Shown: positions 35,654 through 46,481, counted from the first letter of the stretch. The stretch is 64,000 nucleotides of DNA from Escherichia coli (GCF_041886205.1 NZ_CP169029.1); one strand, 5' to 3'. Notes: generated by a model from the sequence alone, not told the origin. Made by a program: numbers and translations.

Positions 35654-36562
35654 CTAATTCTGCTGTAAAAAGTGCAGAAACTGACTTAAAGCATAAGAAG
35701 GCGTTTCGTTATTGCGCCAGAACACACCGACGCTGCCTTTCTGTTCTATCTTTGGCAGGTTGAGGATCACCAGTTGTCCCTGGCTGGCATAACGTTGCGC
35801 CAGGCGTAATGACAAAATAGAGATCATATCGCTGCTTTGTAACAGGTTGGTACTGACGTTCATCGACGCCGACTCAATCGTGTTTTCTGGCAGCATCACG
35901 CCGTGGTCTACCAGCGCATTATCAATGCTGATGCGGATGGGGGTACCTGTCGGCCAGACTATCCACCGCCAGTTAGCAAGATCATTCCAGCTGAGGGTGG
36001 CGTATTTCGCCAGTGGATGCTCAGGACGGGCGACAAAACACACCGGCTCGGTGTAGAGCACGCGATAATTCAGCGGCAGCTGCAACGCGCGACCGCCAAT
36101 TCGCCCAACCACCACATCGACAGAACCTGCCAACAGATCTTGCAGCAATGGGGTCATCACCTTCTCTTCGATATTCAGGTGTAGAGTTGGCATCTCCTTG
36201 AGCAAATGCAAAATCGCCTGGGATACGCAGTCAGTGGCGACGGGAGAACAGCCAATTTTCAGACTGCCGACCAGACCACCTTGTTTAAAACGGGCCAGTT
36301 CATGTTGCGAGCGCTCCATGTCATTGATTAACCGTTGGGCATGTTGCAATAACAATTTGCCGCCTTCAGTAGGACGAAGTCCTTTGCTGTGCCGCTCAAA
36401 AAGTGTGAGTCCGATCTCATCTTCCAGATGTGACAACCATTTCGAAAGCGCGGGTTGGGTGATATTCATCATCCGTGCGACATGGGTCAGATTACCCTGT
36501 TCACCCAGCGCCACCAGCATTTGCAGGTGATGAAGCTTTAGTTTCTGCGCCCAGTTTGCCAT
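35654..36562 (-). CDS. LysR-family regulator of the gentisate cluster (MhbR-like)
   Basis: 302-aa ORF with N-terminal LysR HTH (LHHLQMLVALGEQGNLTHVARMMNITQPALSKWL); divergent from the catabolic operon. Confidence 0.8.
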   Translation of the reverse strand: MANWAQKLKLHHLQMLVALGEQGNLTHVARMMNITQPALSKWLSHLEDEIGLTLFERHSKGLRPTEGGKLLLQHAQRLINDMERSQHELARFKQGGLVGSLKIGCSPVATDCVSQAILHLLKEMPTLHLNIEEKVMTPLLQDLLAGSVDVVVGRIGGRALQLPLNYRVLYTEPVCFVARPEHPLAKYATLSWNDLANWRWIVWPTGTPIRISIDNALVDHGVMLPENTIESASMNVSTNLLQSSDMISILSLRLAQRYASQGQLVILNLPKIEQKGSVGVFWRNNETPSYALSQFLHFLQQN

Positions 36563-36688
36563 TTGCCATAACCTTCAGGTTATCTCTCTGCTCGAAATGC
36601 CATTGTACATTTCATCTCTTTAATCACAATATCGCAACATACACAAAACAAAAGAAACATCTACCTTACCTGCACTGAGGCATTTACT

Positions 36689-38047
36689 ATGACTCAACGA
36701 CGTGATCTACAAGCACTGATCGATGCCGCTCCGGTCGGCAAGATGCAGTGGCGCGTTATCATCTGCTGTTTTCTGGTGGTAATGCTCGATGGTTTTGACA
36801 CCGCGGCTATCGGCTTTATCGCCCCTGATATTCGCACTCACTGGCAACTCACCGCAGGCGATCTCGCCCCGCTTTTTGGCGCGGGTCTGCTGGGGTTAAC
36901 CGCAGGCGCACTGCTTTGTGGCCCGTTGTCCGATCGCTTTGGTCGCAAACGGGTGATTGAGCTGTGTGTCTTTTTGTTTGGCGCGTTAAGCCTTGCCTCG
37001 GCTTTCTCACCGGATCTGCAAACGCTGGTATTCCTGCGTTTCCTAACCGGCCTTGGGCTGGGTGGCGCGATGCCAAACACCATCACCATAACCTCGGAAT
37101 ATCTGCCTGCCCGCCGCCGCGGCGCGCTGGTGACGCTGATGTTTTGCGGCTTTACGCTGGGTTCGGCGTTTGGCGGGATTGTTAGCGCGCAGCTGGTGCC
37201 GGTGATTGGCTGGCACGGCATTCTGGTGTTGGGGGGCGTGTTACCGCTGATGCTGTTTGTCGCACTGCTGGTAGTTCTGCCGGAATCGCCACGCTGGCAG
37301 GTGCGCCGCCAGCTACCGCAGGCGGTGATTGCGAAAACCGTCAGCGCCATCACCCGCGAGCGTTATGTCGATACCCACTTTTATCTCATTGAATCAGCCT
37401 CCGTTACAAAAGGCAGCATTCGTCAACTGTTTATGGGACGTCAGTTACCCATCACGTTGATGCTGTGGGTAGTGTTCTTTATGAGCCTGCTGATTATTTA
37501 CCTGCTCTCAAGCTGGATGCCGACGCTACTGAACCATCGCGGCATCGACCTGCAACACGCGTCCTGGGTCACCGCCGCGTTCCAGATTGGTGGTACGTTA
37601 GGCGCGCTGGCGCTGGGTGTGCTGATGGATAAGTTCAATCCTTTCCGCGTACTGGCACTGAGCTATGCCATAGGCGCTGTATGCATCGTGATGATTGGCT
37701 TAAGCCAGGACGGATTATGGCTGATGGCGCTGGCGATTTTCGGCACCGGCATTGGTATTAGCGGATCGCAGGTGGGGCTGAATGCGCTGACCGCCACACT
37801 TTATCCAACACAAAGTCGCGCCACGGGCGTGAGTTGGTCAAACGCCGTGGGTCGCTGCGGTGCGATTGTTGGCTCGCTTTCTGGCGGCGTGATGATGGCG
37901 ATGAATTTCTCTTTCGACACCCTGTTTTTCATTATCGCTGTGCCCGCGGCGATCAGTGCGGTGATGTTAGCCTTGCTGATTACCGTGGTTCGCCAGTCGA
38001 CCTCTGTCCCTGACTCACTGCCTCGCGCAGGCGTTGTGAACGAATAA
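36689..38047 (+). CDS. MFS aromatic-acid:H+ symporter (3-hydroxybenzoate/gentisate transporter, MhbT-like)
   Basis: 452-aa 12-TM-type ORF with MFS motifs ([11 protein letters not shown]), placed first in the gentisate operon. Confidence 0.8.
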   Translation: MTQRRDLQALIDAAPVGKMQWRVIICCFLVVMLDGFDTAAIGFIAPDIRTHWQLTAGDLAPLFGAGLLGLTAGALLCGPLSDRFGRKRVIELCVFLFGALSLASAFSPDLQTLVFLRFLTGLGLGGAMPNTITITSEYLPARRRGALVTLMFCGFTLGSAFGGIVSAQLVPVIGWHGILVLGGVLPLMLFVALLVVLPESPRWQVRRQLPQAVIAKTVSAITRERYVDTHFYLIESASVTKGSIRQLFMGRQLPITLMLWVVFFMSLLIIYLLSSWMPTLLNHRGIDLQHASWVTAAFQIGGTLGALALGVLMDKFNPFRVLALSYAIGAVCIVMIGLSQDGLWLMALAIFGTGIGISGSQVGLNALTATLYPTQSRATGVSWSNAVGRCGAIVGSLSGGVMMAMNFSFDTLFFIIAVPAAISAVMLALLITVVRQSTSVPDSLPRAGVVNE

Positions 38048-38058
38048 GGAGCATCCTA

Positions 38059-39087
38059 ATGACTGATAACAATCAAAATAGCCGCGAACAATTTTATCAG
38101 CACATTTCCGGGCAAAACCTGACCCCGCTGTGGGAGTCACTACACCATCTGGTGCCGAAAACGCCCAACGCTAACTGTGTGCCAGCGTACTGGAATTATC
38201 AGGAGATCCGCCCGCTGCTGCTGGAGAGCGGCAGCCTGATTGGCGCGAAAGAGGCGGTGCGCCGCGTGCTGGTGCTGGAAAACCCGGCGCTGCGCGGGCA
38301 GTCTTCCATCACCGCGACTTTATATGCCGGTTTGCAACTGATCATGCCGGGCGAAGTGGCACCGAGTCATCGCCATAACCAGTCGGCGCTGCGTTTTATT
38401 GTTGAAGGCAAAGGGGCATTTACCGCCGTTGACGGCGAACGCACGCCAATGAATGAGGGCGATTTTATCCTCACTCCGCAGTGGCGCTGGCACGATCACG
38501 GTAACCCTGGCGACGAACCAGTTATCTGGCTCGATGGGCTGGATCTGCCATTAGTGAATACTCTGGGCTGCGGTTTTGCCGAAGATTACCCGGAAGAGCA
38601 ACAACCGGTAACGCGTAAAGAGGGCGATTATCTGCCGCGTTACGCTGCCAATATGTTGCCGCTGCGCCATCAGACCGGGAACTCCTCACCCATCTTTAAC
38701 TACCGTTATGACCGCAGCCGCGAAGTGCTGCACGATTTAACCCGCCTGGGCGATGCCGATGAGTGGGATGGCTACAAAATGCGCTACGTCAACCCGGTCA
38801 CCGGTGGCTATCCGATGCCGTCGATGGGCGCTTTCCTGCAACTGCTGCCGAAAGGGTTCGCCTCCCGCGTGGCGCGTACCACTGACAGCACCATCTATCA
38901 CGTGGTGGAAGGCGGCGGGCAGGTCACCATCGGCAATGAAACCTTCAGCTTTAGTGCAAAAGATATCTTCGTGGTGCCGACCTGGCACGGCGTGTCGTTC
39001 CAGACCACGCAAGATACCGTGTTATTCAGTTTTTCGGACAGACCGGTACAAGAAGCCCTGGGACTGTTCCGCGAAGCGCGTTATTAA
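38059..39087 (+). CDS. Gentisate 1,2-dioxygenase (bicupin)
   Basis: 342-aa ORF with two cupin modules and His-rich metal site ([12 protein letters not shown]…WRWHDHGN). Confidence 0.85.
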   Translation: MTDNNQNSREQFYQHISGQNLTPLWESLHHLVPKTPNANCVPAYWNYQEIRPLLLESGSLIGAKEAVRRVLVLENPALRGQSSITATLYAGLQLIMPGEVAPSHRHNQSALRFIVEGKGAFTAVDGERTPMNEGDFILTPQWRWHDHGNPGDEPVIWLDGLDLPLVNTLGCGFAEDYPEEQQPVTRKEGDYLPRYAANMLPLRHQTGNSSPIFNYRYDRSREVLHDLTRLGDADEWDGYKMRYVNPVTGGYPMPSMGAFLQLLPKGFASRVARTTDSTIYHVVEGGGQVTIGNETFSFSAKDIFVVPTWHGVSFQTTQDTVLFSFSDRPVQEALGLFREARY

Positions 39088-39102
39088 TTTGGGAGAGAAA
39101 AA

Positions 39103-39804
39103 ATGACTCAATACGTATTCGAACCACAAGCGCCCGTTACCGTACCGGTTGTTGGCAGTGATGAACAATTCCCCGTGCGCCGCGTGTACTGCGTCGGACG
39201 TAACTATGCCGCCCACGCCCGCGAAATGGGCTTTGATCCGGATCGTGAACCGCCATTCTTCTTCTGCAAACCGGCGGATGCCGTTGTTCCGGTTGCCGCT
39301 GGCGAAACGCTGGCGCTGCCGTATCCGGCGCAGACCGATAACTACCATTACGAAATTGAACTGGTGGTGGCGATTGGTAAAAAGGGCAGTGATATCCCGC
39401 TGGAAAACGCCCATGAATATGTCTGGGGTTATGCCACGGGTCTTGATATGACTCGTCGTGACCGTCAAATGGAAATGCGCCAGATGGGCCGCCCGTGGGA
39501 AATCGGCAAAGCGTTTGATCTCTCGGCCCCCATCGCGCCGCTGCACAAAGCCAGCGAAACCGGCGGTATTGATAACGCGCCAATCTGGTTACAGGTTAAC
39601 GGCGAAGATCATCAGCGCAGCGATATTCGCCATCTCATCTGGTCAGTGAATGAAACCATCAGCTACCTGTCCGGCTTTTTTGAACTGCAACCGGGCGATC
39701 TGATCTTCACCGGTACGCCGGAAGGGGTTGGCCCGGTAGTGAAAGGTGATGTGATCACGGGCAACGTCGAGGGCTTAACGCCTATCGCGGTGAAAATTGT
39801 CTGA
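39103..39804 (+). CDS. Fumarylpyruvate hydrolase (FAH family)
   Basis: 233-aa ORF with fumarylacetoacetate-hydrolase fold motifs ([15 protein letters not shown]); sits between the dioxygenase and the isomerase. Confidence 0.8.
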   Translation: MTQYVFEPQAPVTVPVVGSDEQFPVRRVYCVGRNYAAHAREMGFDPDREPPFFFCKPADAVVPVAAGETLALPYPAQTDNYHYEIELVVAIGKKGSDIPLENAHEYVWGYATGLDMTRRDRQMEMRQMGRPWEIGKAFDLSAPIAPLHKASETGGIDNAPIWLQVNGEDHQRSDIRHLIWSVNETISYLSGFFELQPGDLIFTGTPEGVGPVVKGDVITGNVEGLTPIAVKIV

Positions 39805-39809
39805 GGTGC

Positions 39810-40457
39810 ATGATGAAGCTGTACAGTTTTTTTAATAGTTCAGCATCGTACCGGGTACGCATTGCGCTGGCGCTGAAAGGCATTGATTACCATACCGAAG
39901 GGGTGAATATCCGCATTGGTCAGCAAAATGAACTGGCCTACCGGCGGATGAATCCGGTCGGGCTGGTGCCGACGCTGCTGACTGACGAGGGCGAATCACT
40001 TGGACAATCGCTGGCGATTATTGACTGGCTGGATCGTCACTACCCCCAAGTTCCGCTGATGCCGCAGGAAGAGCCGGCCCGCAACAAGGTGCTGGAAATT
40101 GTCTATGCCATCGCCTGTGATATTCATCCACTGAATAACCTGCGCGTGCTGCGCTACCTGACCGAAGAGCTGAACGTCAGTGAAGAAGATAAAAAACGCT
40201 GGTATGCGCACTGGATCCAGCAAGGGTTAAGCGCGGTGGAACAGCTGTTGCGCCAGAGCCAGTCGGGGCAATTTTGCGTGGGCGAGACGCCGACGCTGGC
40301 AGATTGCTGCCTTGTCCCGCAGTGGGCGAACGCGCTACGCATGAACTGCGATCTGAGTGGGTATCCGCGCTGCAAAGCGGTGTACGACGCCTGCACGCAG
40401 CTGCCAGCGTTCATTGCCGCAGCGCCAGAAAATCAACAAGATAAAATTTCAGCCTGA
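39810..40457 (+). CDS. Maleylpyruvate isomerase (GST zeta-class / maleylacetoacetate isomerase-like)
   Basis: 215-aa ORF with GST N-terminal thioredoxin-like fold (MKLYSFFNSSASYRVRIALALKGIDY). Confidence 0.8.
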   Translation: MMKLYSFFNSSASYRVRIALALKGIDYHTEGVNIRIGQQNELAYRRMNPVGLVPTLLTDEGESLGQSLAIIDWLDRHYPQVPLMPQEEPARNKVLEIVYAIACDIHPLNNLRVLRYLTEELNVSEEDKKRWYAHWIQQGLSAVEQLLRQSQSGQFCVGETPTLADCCLVPQWANALRMNCDLSGYPRCKAVYDACTQLPAFIAAAPENQQDKISA

Positions 40458-40468
40458 CCAGGAGAACC

Positions 40469-41665
40469 ATGATGACTAAAGTGACACGCGCAGTAATTGT
40501 GGGAGGCGGGATCGGCGGTGCGGCAACTGCGCTGTCACTGGCCCGCCAGGGGATCAAAGTGGTGCTGCTGGAAAAGGCGCATGAGATTGGTGAGATTGGC
40601 GCGGGCATCCAGTTGGGGCCAAATGCGTTTTCGGCGTTGGATAGCCTCGGCGTCGGCGAAATCGCCCGCCAGCGCGCGGTATTCACCGATCACATCACCA
40701 TGATGGATGCGGTAAACGCCGAAGAAGTGGTGCGCATTGAAACCGGTCAGGCCTTTCGCGACCATTTCGGCGGCCCTTACGCGGTGATCCACCGGGTTGA
40801 TATTCACGCCTCGGTGTGGGAAGCGGTACTGACGCATCCGGACGTGGAATATCACACCTCCACCAACGTCGTGGATATTCGTGAGACGGAAGACGATGTC
40901 ACCGTGTTTGACGATCGCGGCAATAGCTGGAGCGGCGATATTCTGATTGGCTGTGATGGCGTGAAGTCAGTGGTGCGCCAGAGCTTATTAGGCGATGCGC
41001 CGCGCGTCACCGGACATGTGGTCTACCGCGCAGTTATCGATTGTGCGGATATGCCGGAAGATTTGCGCATTAACGCACCAGTACTGTGGGCGGGGCCGCA
41101 CTGTCACCTGGTGCATTACCCTTTGCGCGGCGGCAAGCAGTATAACCTGGTGGTGACATTCCACAGCCGCCAGCAGGAAGAGTGGGGCGTGAAGGATGGC
41201 AGTAAAGAGGAAGTGCTCTCTTACTTTGAAGGGATTCACCCCCGTCCTCGCCAGATGCTGGATAAACCGACCTCCTGGCGACGCTGGTCAACCGCCGACC
41301 GTGAACCGGTAGCGAAGTGGGGAACGAAGCGCATTACGCTGGTTGGCGATGCGGCCCATCCGGTGGCGCAGTATATGGCGCAGGGTGCCTGTATGGCGTT
41401 GGAAGACGCGGTAACGCTCGGCAAGGCGCTGGCGCAGTGTGAGGGGGATGCGGCGCAAGCCTTTGCACTGTATGAGTCGGTACGTATTCCGCGCACCGCG
41501 CGCATCGTCTGGTCGACCCGTGAAATGGGGCGGGTTTATCACGCCGCAGGAGTAGAGCGCCAGGTACGAAACCTGCTGTGGAAAGGTAAATCGCAGGCAG
41601 AGTTTTACCGCGGCATGGAGTGGCTGTACGGCTGGAAAGAAGATAACTGTCTGCAACCACGCTGA
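40469..41665 (+). CDS. FAD-dependent 3-hydroxybenzoate 6-hydroxylase (salicylate hydroxylase-like monooxygenase)
   Basis: 398-aa ORF with N-terminal GxGxxG motif ([14 protein letters not shown]) and C-terminal FAD-binding motif ([22 protein letters not shown]). Confidence 0.8.
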   Translation: MMTKVTRAVIVGGGIGGAATALSLARQGIKVVLLEKAHEIGEIGAGIQLGPNAFSALDSLGVGEIARQRAVFTDHITMMDAVNAEEVVRIETGQAFRDHFGGPYAVIHRVDIHASVWEAVLTHPDVEYHTSTNVVDIRETEDDVTVFDDRGNSWSGDILIGCDGVKSVVRQSLLGDAPRVTGHVVYRAVIDCADMPEDLRINAPVLWAGPHCHLVHYPLRGGKQYNLVVTFHSRQQEEWGVKDGSKEEVLSYFEGIHPRPRQMLDKPTSWRRWSTADREPVAKWGTKRITLVGDAAHPVAQYMAQGACMALEDAVTLGKALAQCEGDAAQAFALYESVRIPRTARIVWSTREMGRVYHAAGVERQVRNLLWKGKSQAEFYRGMEWLYGWKEDNCLQPR

Positions 41666-41726
41666 GTACTTTAATCCGCTGACCGGAGGCGCTAACATAG
41701 CGCCTCATTTTTTTGCGGGTGATGAT

Positions 41727-42674
41727 ATGCGTGTGTTACTGGCGCCGATGGAGGGTGTGCTTGACTCTCTGGTGCGTGAATTGCTGACCGAAGTTAACGA
41801 CTACGATCTGTGCATCACCGAGTTTGTCCGCGTGGTGGATCAACTGCTGCCGGTAAAAGTCTTTCATCGCATTTGCCCTGAGCTACAAAACGCCAGCCGG
41901 ACACCATCCGGTACGCGGGTGCGCGTTCAGTTGTTAGGTCAGTTCCCACAATGGCTGGCAGAGAACGCCGCCCGTGCGGTGGAATTAGGTTCCTGGGGCG
42001 TGGATCTCAATTGCGGCTGCCCGTCGAAAACGGTTAACGGCAGCGGCGGCGGGGCGACGTTACTCAAAGATCCTGAACTCATCTACCAGGGTGCAAAAGC
42101 GATGCGTGAAGCTGTACCGGCGCATTTGCCCGTCAGCGTGAAAGTGCGTCTGGGCTGGGACAGCGGTGAGAAGAAATTTGAAATCGCCGATGCGGTTCAA
42201 CAGGCTGGTGCTACGGAGCTGGTGGTGCATGGACGGACAAAAGAGCAGGGTTACCGCGCGGAGCATATTGACTGGCAGGCGATTGGCGAGATTCGCCAGC
42301 GGCTGAATATTCCGGTGATTGCCAACGGTGAAATCTGGGACTGGCAGAGTGCGCAACAATGCATGGCGATCAGCGGCTGCGACGCAGTGATGATTGGTCG
42401 CGGGGCGCTCAATATTCCCAACCTGAGCCGGGTGGTAAAATATAACGAACCGCGAATGCCGTGGCCGGAGGTGGTTGCTTTGCTGCAAAAATATACCCGT
42501 CTGGAAAAGCAGGGCGATACCGGGTTATATCACGTAGCGCGGATTAAACAGTGGTTGAGTTATTTGCGTAAAGAATACGATGAAGCAACAGAATTATTTC
42601 AGCATGTTCGGGTGTTGAATAATCCCCCTGATATTGCAAGGGCTATTCAGGCAATTGATATCGAGAAACTCTAA
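41727..42674 (+). CDS. dusC: tRNA-dihydrouridine(16) synthase
   Basis: 315-aa ORF starting [23 protein letters not shown] with a Dus TIM-barrel and catalytic Cys region (DLNCGCP). Confidence 0.9.
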   Translation: MRVLLAPMEGVLDSLVRELLTEVNDYDLCITEFVRVVDQLLPVKVFHRICPELQNASRTPSGTRVRVQLLGQFPQWLAENAARAVELGSWGVDLNCGCPSKTVNGSGGGATLLKDPELIYQGAKAMREAVPAHLPVSVKVRLGWDSGEKKFEIADAVQQAGATELVVHGRTKEQGYRAEHIDWQAIGEIRQRLNIPVIANGEIWDWQSAQQCMAISGCDAVMIGRGALNIPNLSRVVKYNEPRMPWPEVVALLQKYTRLEKQGDTGLYHVARIKQWLSYLRKEYDEATELFQHVRVLNNPPDIARAIQAIDIEKL

Positions 42675-42715
42675 TAAACCATAGTGATGTTTTTTGACAA
42701 TGTGTTAGCTCTTTA

Positions 42716-42960
42716 TCAATAGGCCGCACGGTTGTTTGGTGGCGTCAAAATTGCCGAGGCGTTCCCTGAAGGCCGGGGCAGCCCACATGGATGTGGGCTG
42801 AGGGCGCGTTTTACAGGGATGTTACCTCGCGCCCGACCCGGTAGCCGTAAGGGATAAGCCGAGGGCACCGCGCAGCGGCGATTTTGTTCGCCAGAGCCCG
42901 GGGGTGCAGGGGGCGGCGGCGATTGGCCGCCCCCTGCGCGCTCCTTGCGCCAGTGATTAT
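42716..42960. repeat. GC-rich intergenic block with several perfect stem-loops; unclassified structured element
   Basis: Hairpins gcagggggcggc-ggcgattg-gccgccccctgc (42906-42936), gcccacat-gg-atgtgggc, and gggcgcg…cgcgccc; it lacks the ccggat / atccgg REP core. Confidence 0.3.
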
Positions 42961-43045
42961 ATGAAGCAATGCACATGACAGGAGCGCAACAGGATGAGAG
43001 ACTGAAATATTCTCGTTATTTTCGGACCTGATGACATTAATTAAT

Positions 43046-43130
43046 TTTAAAATATCATCTTAAATACGCCAGTCACCACCAGTAGCCCAATCAGGAAAAT
43101 AATCAATACAGCCCAGAGTATAATTTTCAT
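43046..43130 (-). CDS. yohP: Small membrane protein YohP (27 aa)
   Basis: Hand translation gives MKIILWAVLIIFLIGLLVVTGVFKMIF with an AAGGAA Shine-Dalgarno 5 nt upstream; it is below the ORF-track size cutoff. Confidence 0.65.
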
Positions 43131-43353
43131 TGGCGTTCCTTTATTTGTGAGTGCTGAATAAGTATAGGAAAAAACGAAGCCCTTTGCCGTTATCCATAAA
43201 CGATTAAGATAAATCGGAAGATATCATTCACTTAGTGTATATTTTTCTGGATATGTCGTTTTATTGCTACTGATGTATTGCCACGCGAAACTAAAAAATA
43301 TATCGCAACACACGGTAATCTCCGCGCACCTTTTCTTACCTGATTATTCCCCC

Positions 43354-44790
43354 ATGAATCGTGATTCCTTTTATCCCGCCATCGCCTGTTTTCCGCTGTT
43401 ACTGATGCTGGCCGGGTGTGCGCCTATGCATGAAACCCGCCAGGCGTTAAGCCAGCAAACGCCCGCTGCACAAGTTGACACCGCATTACCCACGGCGCTG
43501 AAAAATGGTTGGCCAGACAGCCAATGGTGGCTGGAGTATCACGATAATCAGCTCACTTCATTAATTAACAATGCACTACAGAACGCACCGGATATGCAGG
43601 TGGCTGAACAGCGCATTCAGCTAGCTGAAGCCCAGGCGAAGGCAGTTGCCACTCAGGATGGTCCGCAGATCGACTTTTCGGCGGATATGGAGCGGCAAAA
43701 AATGTCGGCAGAAGGCTTAATGGGGCCGTTTGCTCTGAACGATCCGGCCGCAGGTACGACCGGCCCGTGGTACACCAACGGTACTTTTGGCTTAACGGCG
43801 GGCTGGCATCTCGATATCTGGGGAAAGAATCGGGCGGAGGTTACTGCCCGCCTGGGTACGGTTAAAGCACGGGCGGCGGAACGCGAGCAAACCCGCCAAT
43901 TGCTGGCTGGCAGCGTAGCCCGCCTGTACTGGGAGTGGCAAACCCAGGCGGCGTTAAACACGGTCTTGCAGCAAATAGAAAAAGAGCAGAACACCATTAT
44001 CGCGACCGATCGCCAGCTATATCAGAACGGGATTACTTCTTCAGTTGAAGGTGTGGAAACCGATATTAATGCCAGCAAAACCCGGCAGCAGCTCAACGAT
44101 GTCGCGGGGAAAATGAAAATTATTGAGGCACGGTTAAGCGCACTTACAAATCACCAGACAAAGTCATTGAAGCTTAAACCGGTCGCGTTGCCGAAAGTGG
44201 CAAGCCAGCTTCCTGATGAACTGGGGTACTCCTTACTGGCCCGGCGGGCAGATTTGCAGGCGGCGCACTGGTACGTTGAGTCATCGCTAAGCACCATTGA
44301 TGCGGCAAAAGCGGCATTTTATCCTGACATCAACCTGATGGCCTTCCTGCAACAGGATGCGTTGCACTTAAGCGATCTGTTCCGTCATTCCGCGCAGCAA
44401 ATGGGCGTTACGGCAGGCCTGACGCTACCCATTTTCGATAGTGGTCGTCTTAACGCCAATCTCGATATCGCAAAAGCCGAAAGCAACTTGTCTATCGCCA
44501 GCTACAACAAAGCGGTGGTTGAAGCGGTGAATGACGTGGCGCGGGCAGCCAGTCAGGTTCAGACACTTGCGGAGAAAAACCAGCATCAGGCGCAAATTGA
44601 GCGCGATGCCTTGCGTGTGGTAGGTCTTGCGCAGGCGCGCTTTAACGCGGGCATCATTGCTGGTTCCCGCGTCAGCGAAGCCAGAATCCCCGCGCTGCGT
44701 GAGCGGGCCAATGGCCTGTTATTGCAAGGGCAGTGGCTGGATGCCTCCATTCAACTCACTGGTGTGTTGGGCGGGGGTTACAAACGCTGA
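43354..44790 (+). CDS. mdtQ: Outer membrane efflux lipoprotein, NodT/OMF family (MdtQ/YohG), apparently intact
   Basis: 478 aa from ATG 43354 (MNRDSFYPAIACFPLLLMLAGC lipoprotein signal with lipobox Cys); one uninterrupted reading frame. Confidence 0.8.
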   Translation: MNRDSFYPAIACFPLLLMLAGCAPMHETRQALSQQTPAAQVDTALPTALKNGWPDSQWWLEYHDNQLTSLINNALQNAPDMQVAEQRIQLAEAQAKAVATQDGPQIDFSADMERQKMSAEGLMGPFALNDPAAGTTGPWYTNGTFGLTAGWHLDIWGKNRAEVTARLGTVKARAAEREQTRQLLAGSVARLYWEWQTQAALNTVLQQIEKEQNTIIATDRQLYQNGITSSVEGVETDINASKTRQQLNDVAGKMKIIEARLSALTNHQTKSLKLKPVALPKVASQLPDELGYSLLARRADLQAAHWYVESSLSTIDAAKAAFYPDINLMAFLQQDALHLSDLFRHSAQQMGVTAGLTLPIFDSGRLNANLDIAKAESNLSIASYNKAVVEAVNDVARAASQVQTLAEKNQHQAQIERDALRVVGLAQARFNAGIIAGSRVSEARIPALRERANGLLLQGQWLDASIQLTGVLGGGYKR

Positions 44791-44842
44791 TGATATGCGC
44801 CTTCTATACTTAACGTTTATTCAGCGTTAAGTGGAGAACTCG

Positions 44843-45604
44843 ATGGCACAGGTTGCGATTATTACCGCCTCCGATTCGGGGATCGGCAAAGAGTGCGCGT
44901 TATTACTGGCGCAGCAGGGGTTTGATATTGGTATTACCTGGCACTCAGATGAAGAAGGGGCAAAAGATACCGCGCGTGAGGTAGTTAGCCACGGCGTACG
45001 TGCGGAGATCGTGCAGCTGGATCTCGGCAATCTACCAGAAGGGGCACTGGCGCTGGAGAAACTCATTCAACGGCTGGGGCGCATTGATGTGCTGGTGAAT
45101 AATGCGGGTGCAATGACCAAAGCGCCGTTTCTTGATATGGCTTTTGATGAGTGGCGCAAGATTTTTACCGTTGATGTCGATGGTGCATTCTTATGCTCGC
45201 AAATTGCGGCTCGTCAGATGGTGAAACAAGGGCAGGGCGGTCGCATCATCAACATTACGTCGGTACATGAACATACGCCGCTGCCGGATGCCAGCGCCTA
45301 CACAGCCGCTAAACATGCGCTCGGTGGGTTAACCAAAGCGATGGCGCTGGAGCTGGTCAGGCATAAGATTTTGGTGAACGCAGTCGCGCCTGGGGCGATC
45401 GCCACGCCAATGAATGGCATGGATGACAGCGACGTGAAGCCCGACGCGGAGCCTTCGATTCCCTTGCGGCGTTTTGGCGCAACGCATGAGATTGCCAGCC
45501 TGGTGGTGTGGCTTTGTTCGGAGGGCGCAAATTACACCACCGGGCAGTCGTTGATAGTGGATGGCGGCTTTATGTTGGCGAATCCACAGTTCAACCCAGA
45601 ATAG
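44843..45604 (+). CDS. yohF: Short-chain dehydrogenase/reductase YohF
   Basis: Start at MAQVAIITASDSGIGKE (253 aa); SDR TGxxxGxG-type motif and YxxxK. Confidence 0.85.
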   Translation: MAQVAIITASDSGIGKECALLLAQQGFDIGITWHSDEEGAKDTAREVVSHGVRAEIVQLDLGNLPEGALALEKLIQRLGRIDVLVNNAGAMTKAPFLDMAFDEWRKIFTVDVDGAFLCSQIAARQMVKQGQGGRIINITSVHEHTPLPDASAYTAAKHALGGLTKAMALELVRHKILVNAVAPGAIATPMNGMDDSDVKPDAEPSIPLRRFGATHEIASLVVWLCSEGANYTTGQSLIVDGGFMLANPQFNPE

Positions 45605-45659
45605 CGCAGTGAGGTGCGTGGATATTTCATTGGGTAATATTTTGGTCGGCATGAAAAGA

Positions 45660-45732
45660 CGCACAAGCGTCGTATCAGGCATGGTACTCCGGATGTCGGA
45701 TGCGGCGCGAACGCCTTATCCAGGGCAATGGT
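45660..45732. repeat. REP/BIME cluster between yohF and yohD
   Basis: gtactccggatgtcggatgcggcgcgaacgccttatccagg and flanking ccggat-type units. Confidence 0.5.
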
Positions 45733-45733
45733 T

Positions 45734-46312
45734 TTACGCCTGATGATCCGGCTTTTTCTTCCCGCGTCGTTTCAGCCACCAGCGCACGCCTACCACCAGA
45801 ACCACGACCAGAATCAACCAGACCCAGTGCTTCAAATGCTGGTCGAGATTGTGCAACCACGGCGCAATCACCTGACCACCAGCGTAACCGATAGTGGTAA
45901 AAATCAACGCCCAGGCAAATGCGCCGAGAATATTCAGCGGCAGAAAGATTTTCGGCGGCAGCTGGCTGGCACCAATCAGCGTCGGGCCAATCACCCGAAA
46001 GCCATACATAAAGCGCGTACCAATGACAAACAGATACGGATGGCGTTGGATAAGTTTCTGCGCCCGCTCAATTTTATCCTGATGTTTCGAGAAACGGCGT
46101 AACAGCTTGCCGCCAAACCGCCGCCCGCACAGATAGAGCACCTGGTCGCCAATCATGCCGCCAAGCGCCACAGAAAGTACCACCAGCGGGAACTTTAATA
46201 GCCCCTGATGCGCCGCAACGCCTCCCAGCAACGTCACGGTTTCACCTTCCGCCAGGCTACCGATCACCAGCGCGGCATAACCATATTGTGAGATGAGTGT
46301 ATTGAGATCCAT
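45734..46312 (-). CDS. yohD: DedA-family inner membrane protein YohD
   Basis: Start placed at the Met (MDLNTLISQYGY…) to give 192 aa; the ORF track extends to 46348. Confidence 0.8.
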   Translation of the reverse strand: MDLNTLISQYGYAALVIGSLAEGETVTLLGGVAAHQGLLKFPLVVLSVALGGMIGDQVLYLCGRRFGGKLLRRFSKHQDKIERAQKLIQRHPYLFVIGTRFMYGFRVIGPTLIGASQLPPKIFLPLNILGAFAWALIFTTIGYAGGQVIAPWLHNLDQHLKHWVWLILVVVLVVGVRWWLKRRGKKKPDHQA

Positions 46313-46481
46313 AAGCCAGTCTGTCTCCCTTTGGTTGCCTGTAAGCATACACCCTGTAAATCATTCACGCTGAAAAAGGACGTACATCAGACGGTGCAAA
46401 TTACATGAGCGAACAAAAAATAATCACAAGCTGACTTATACTTGAACTGTCAGGTTCATGAACTCACAACAAGGGGGCGGT

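Noticed and set aside
36838-37353. 171-aa minus-strand ORF and others antisense within the gentisate transporter gene
   Set aside because: Embedded antisense frames with Pro/Arg/Ser-rich translations of the kind produced by high-GC DNA.
42716-42976. Retron msr/msd, or an 86-aa minus-strand protein, in the GC-rich element after dusC
   Set aside because: No reverse transcriptase gene on either side, and the ORF product is low-complexity Pro/Ala/Gly-rich with no start context. Kept only as an unclassified structured element.
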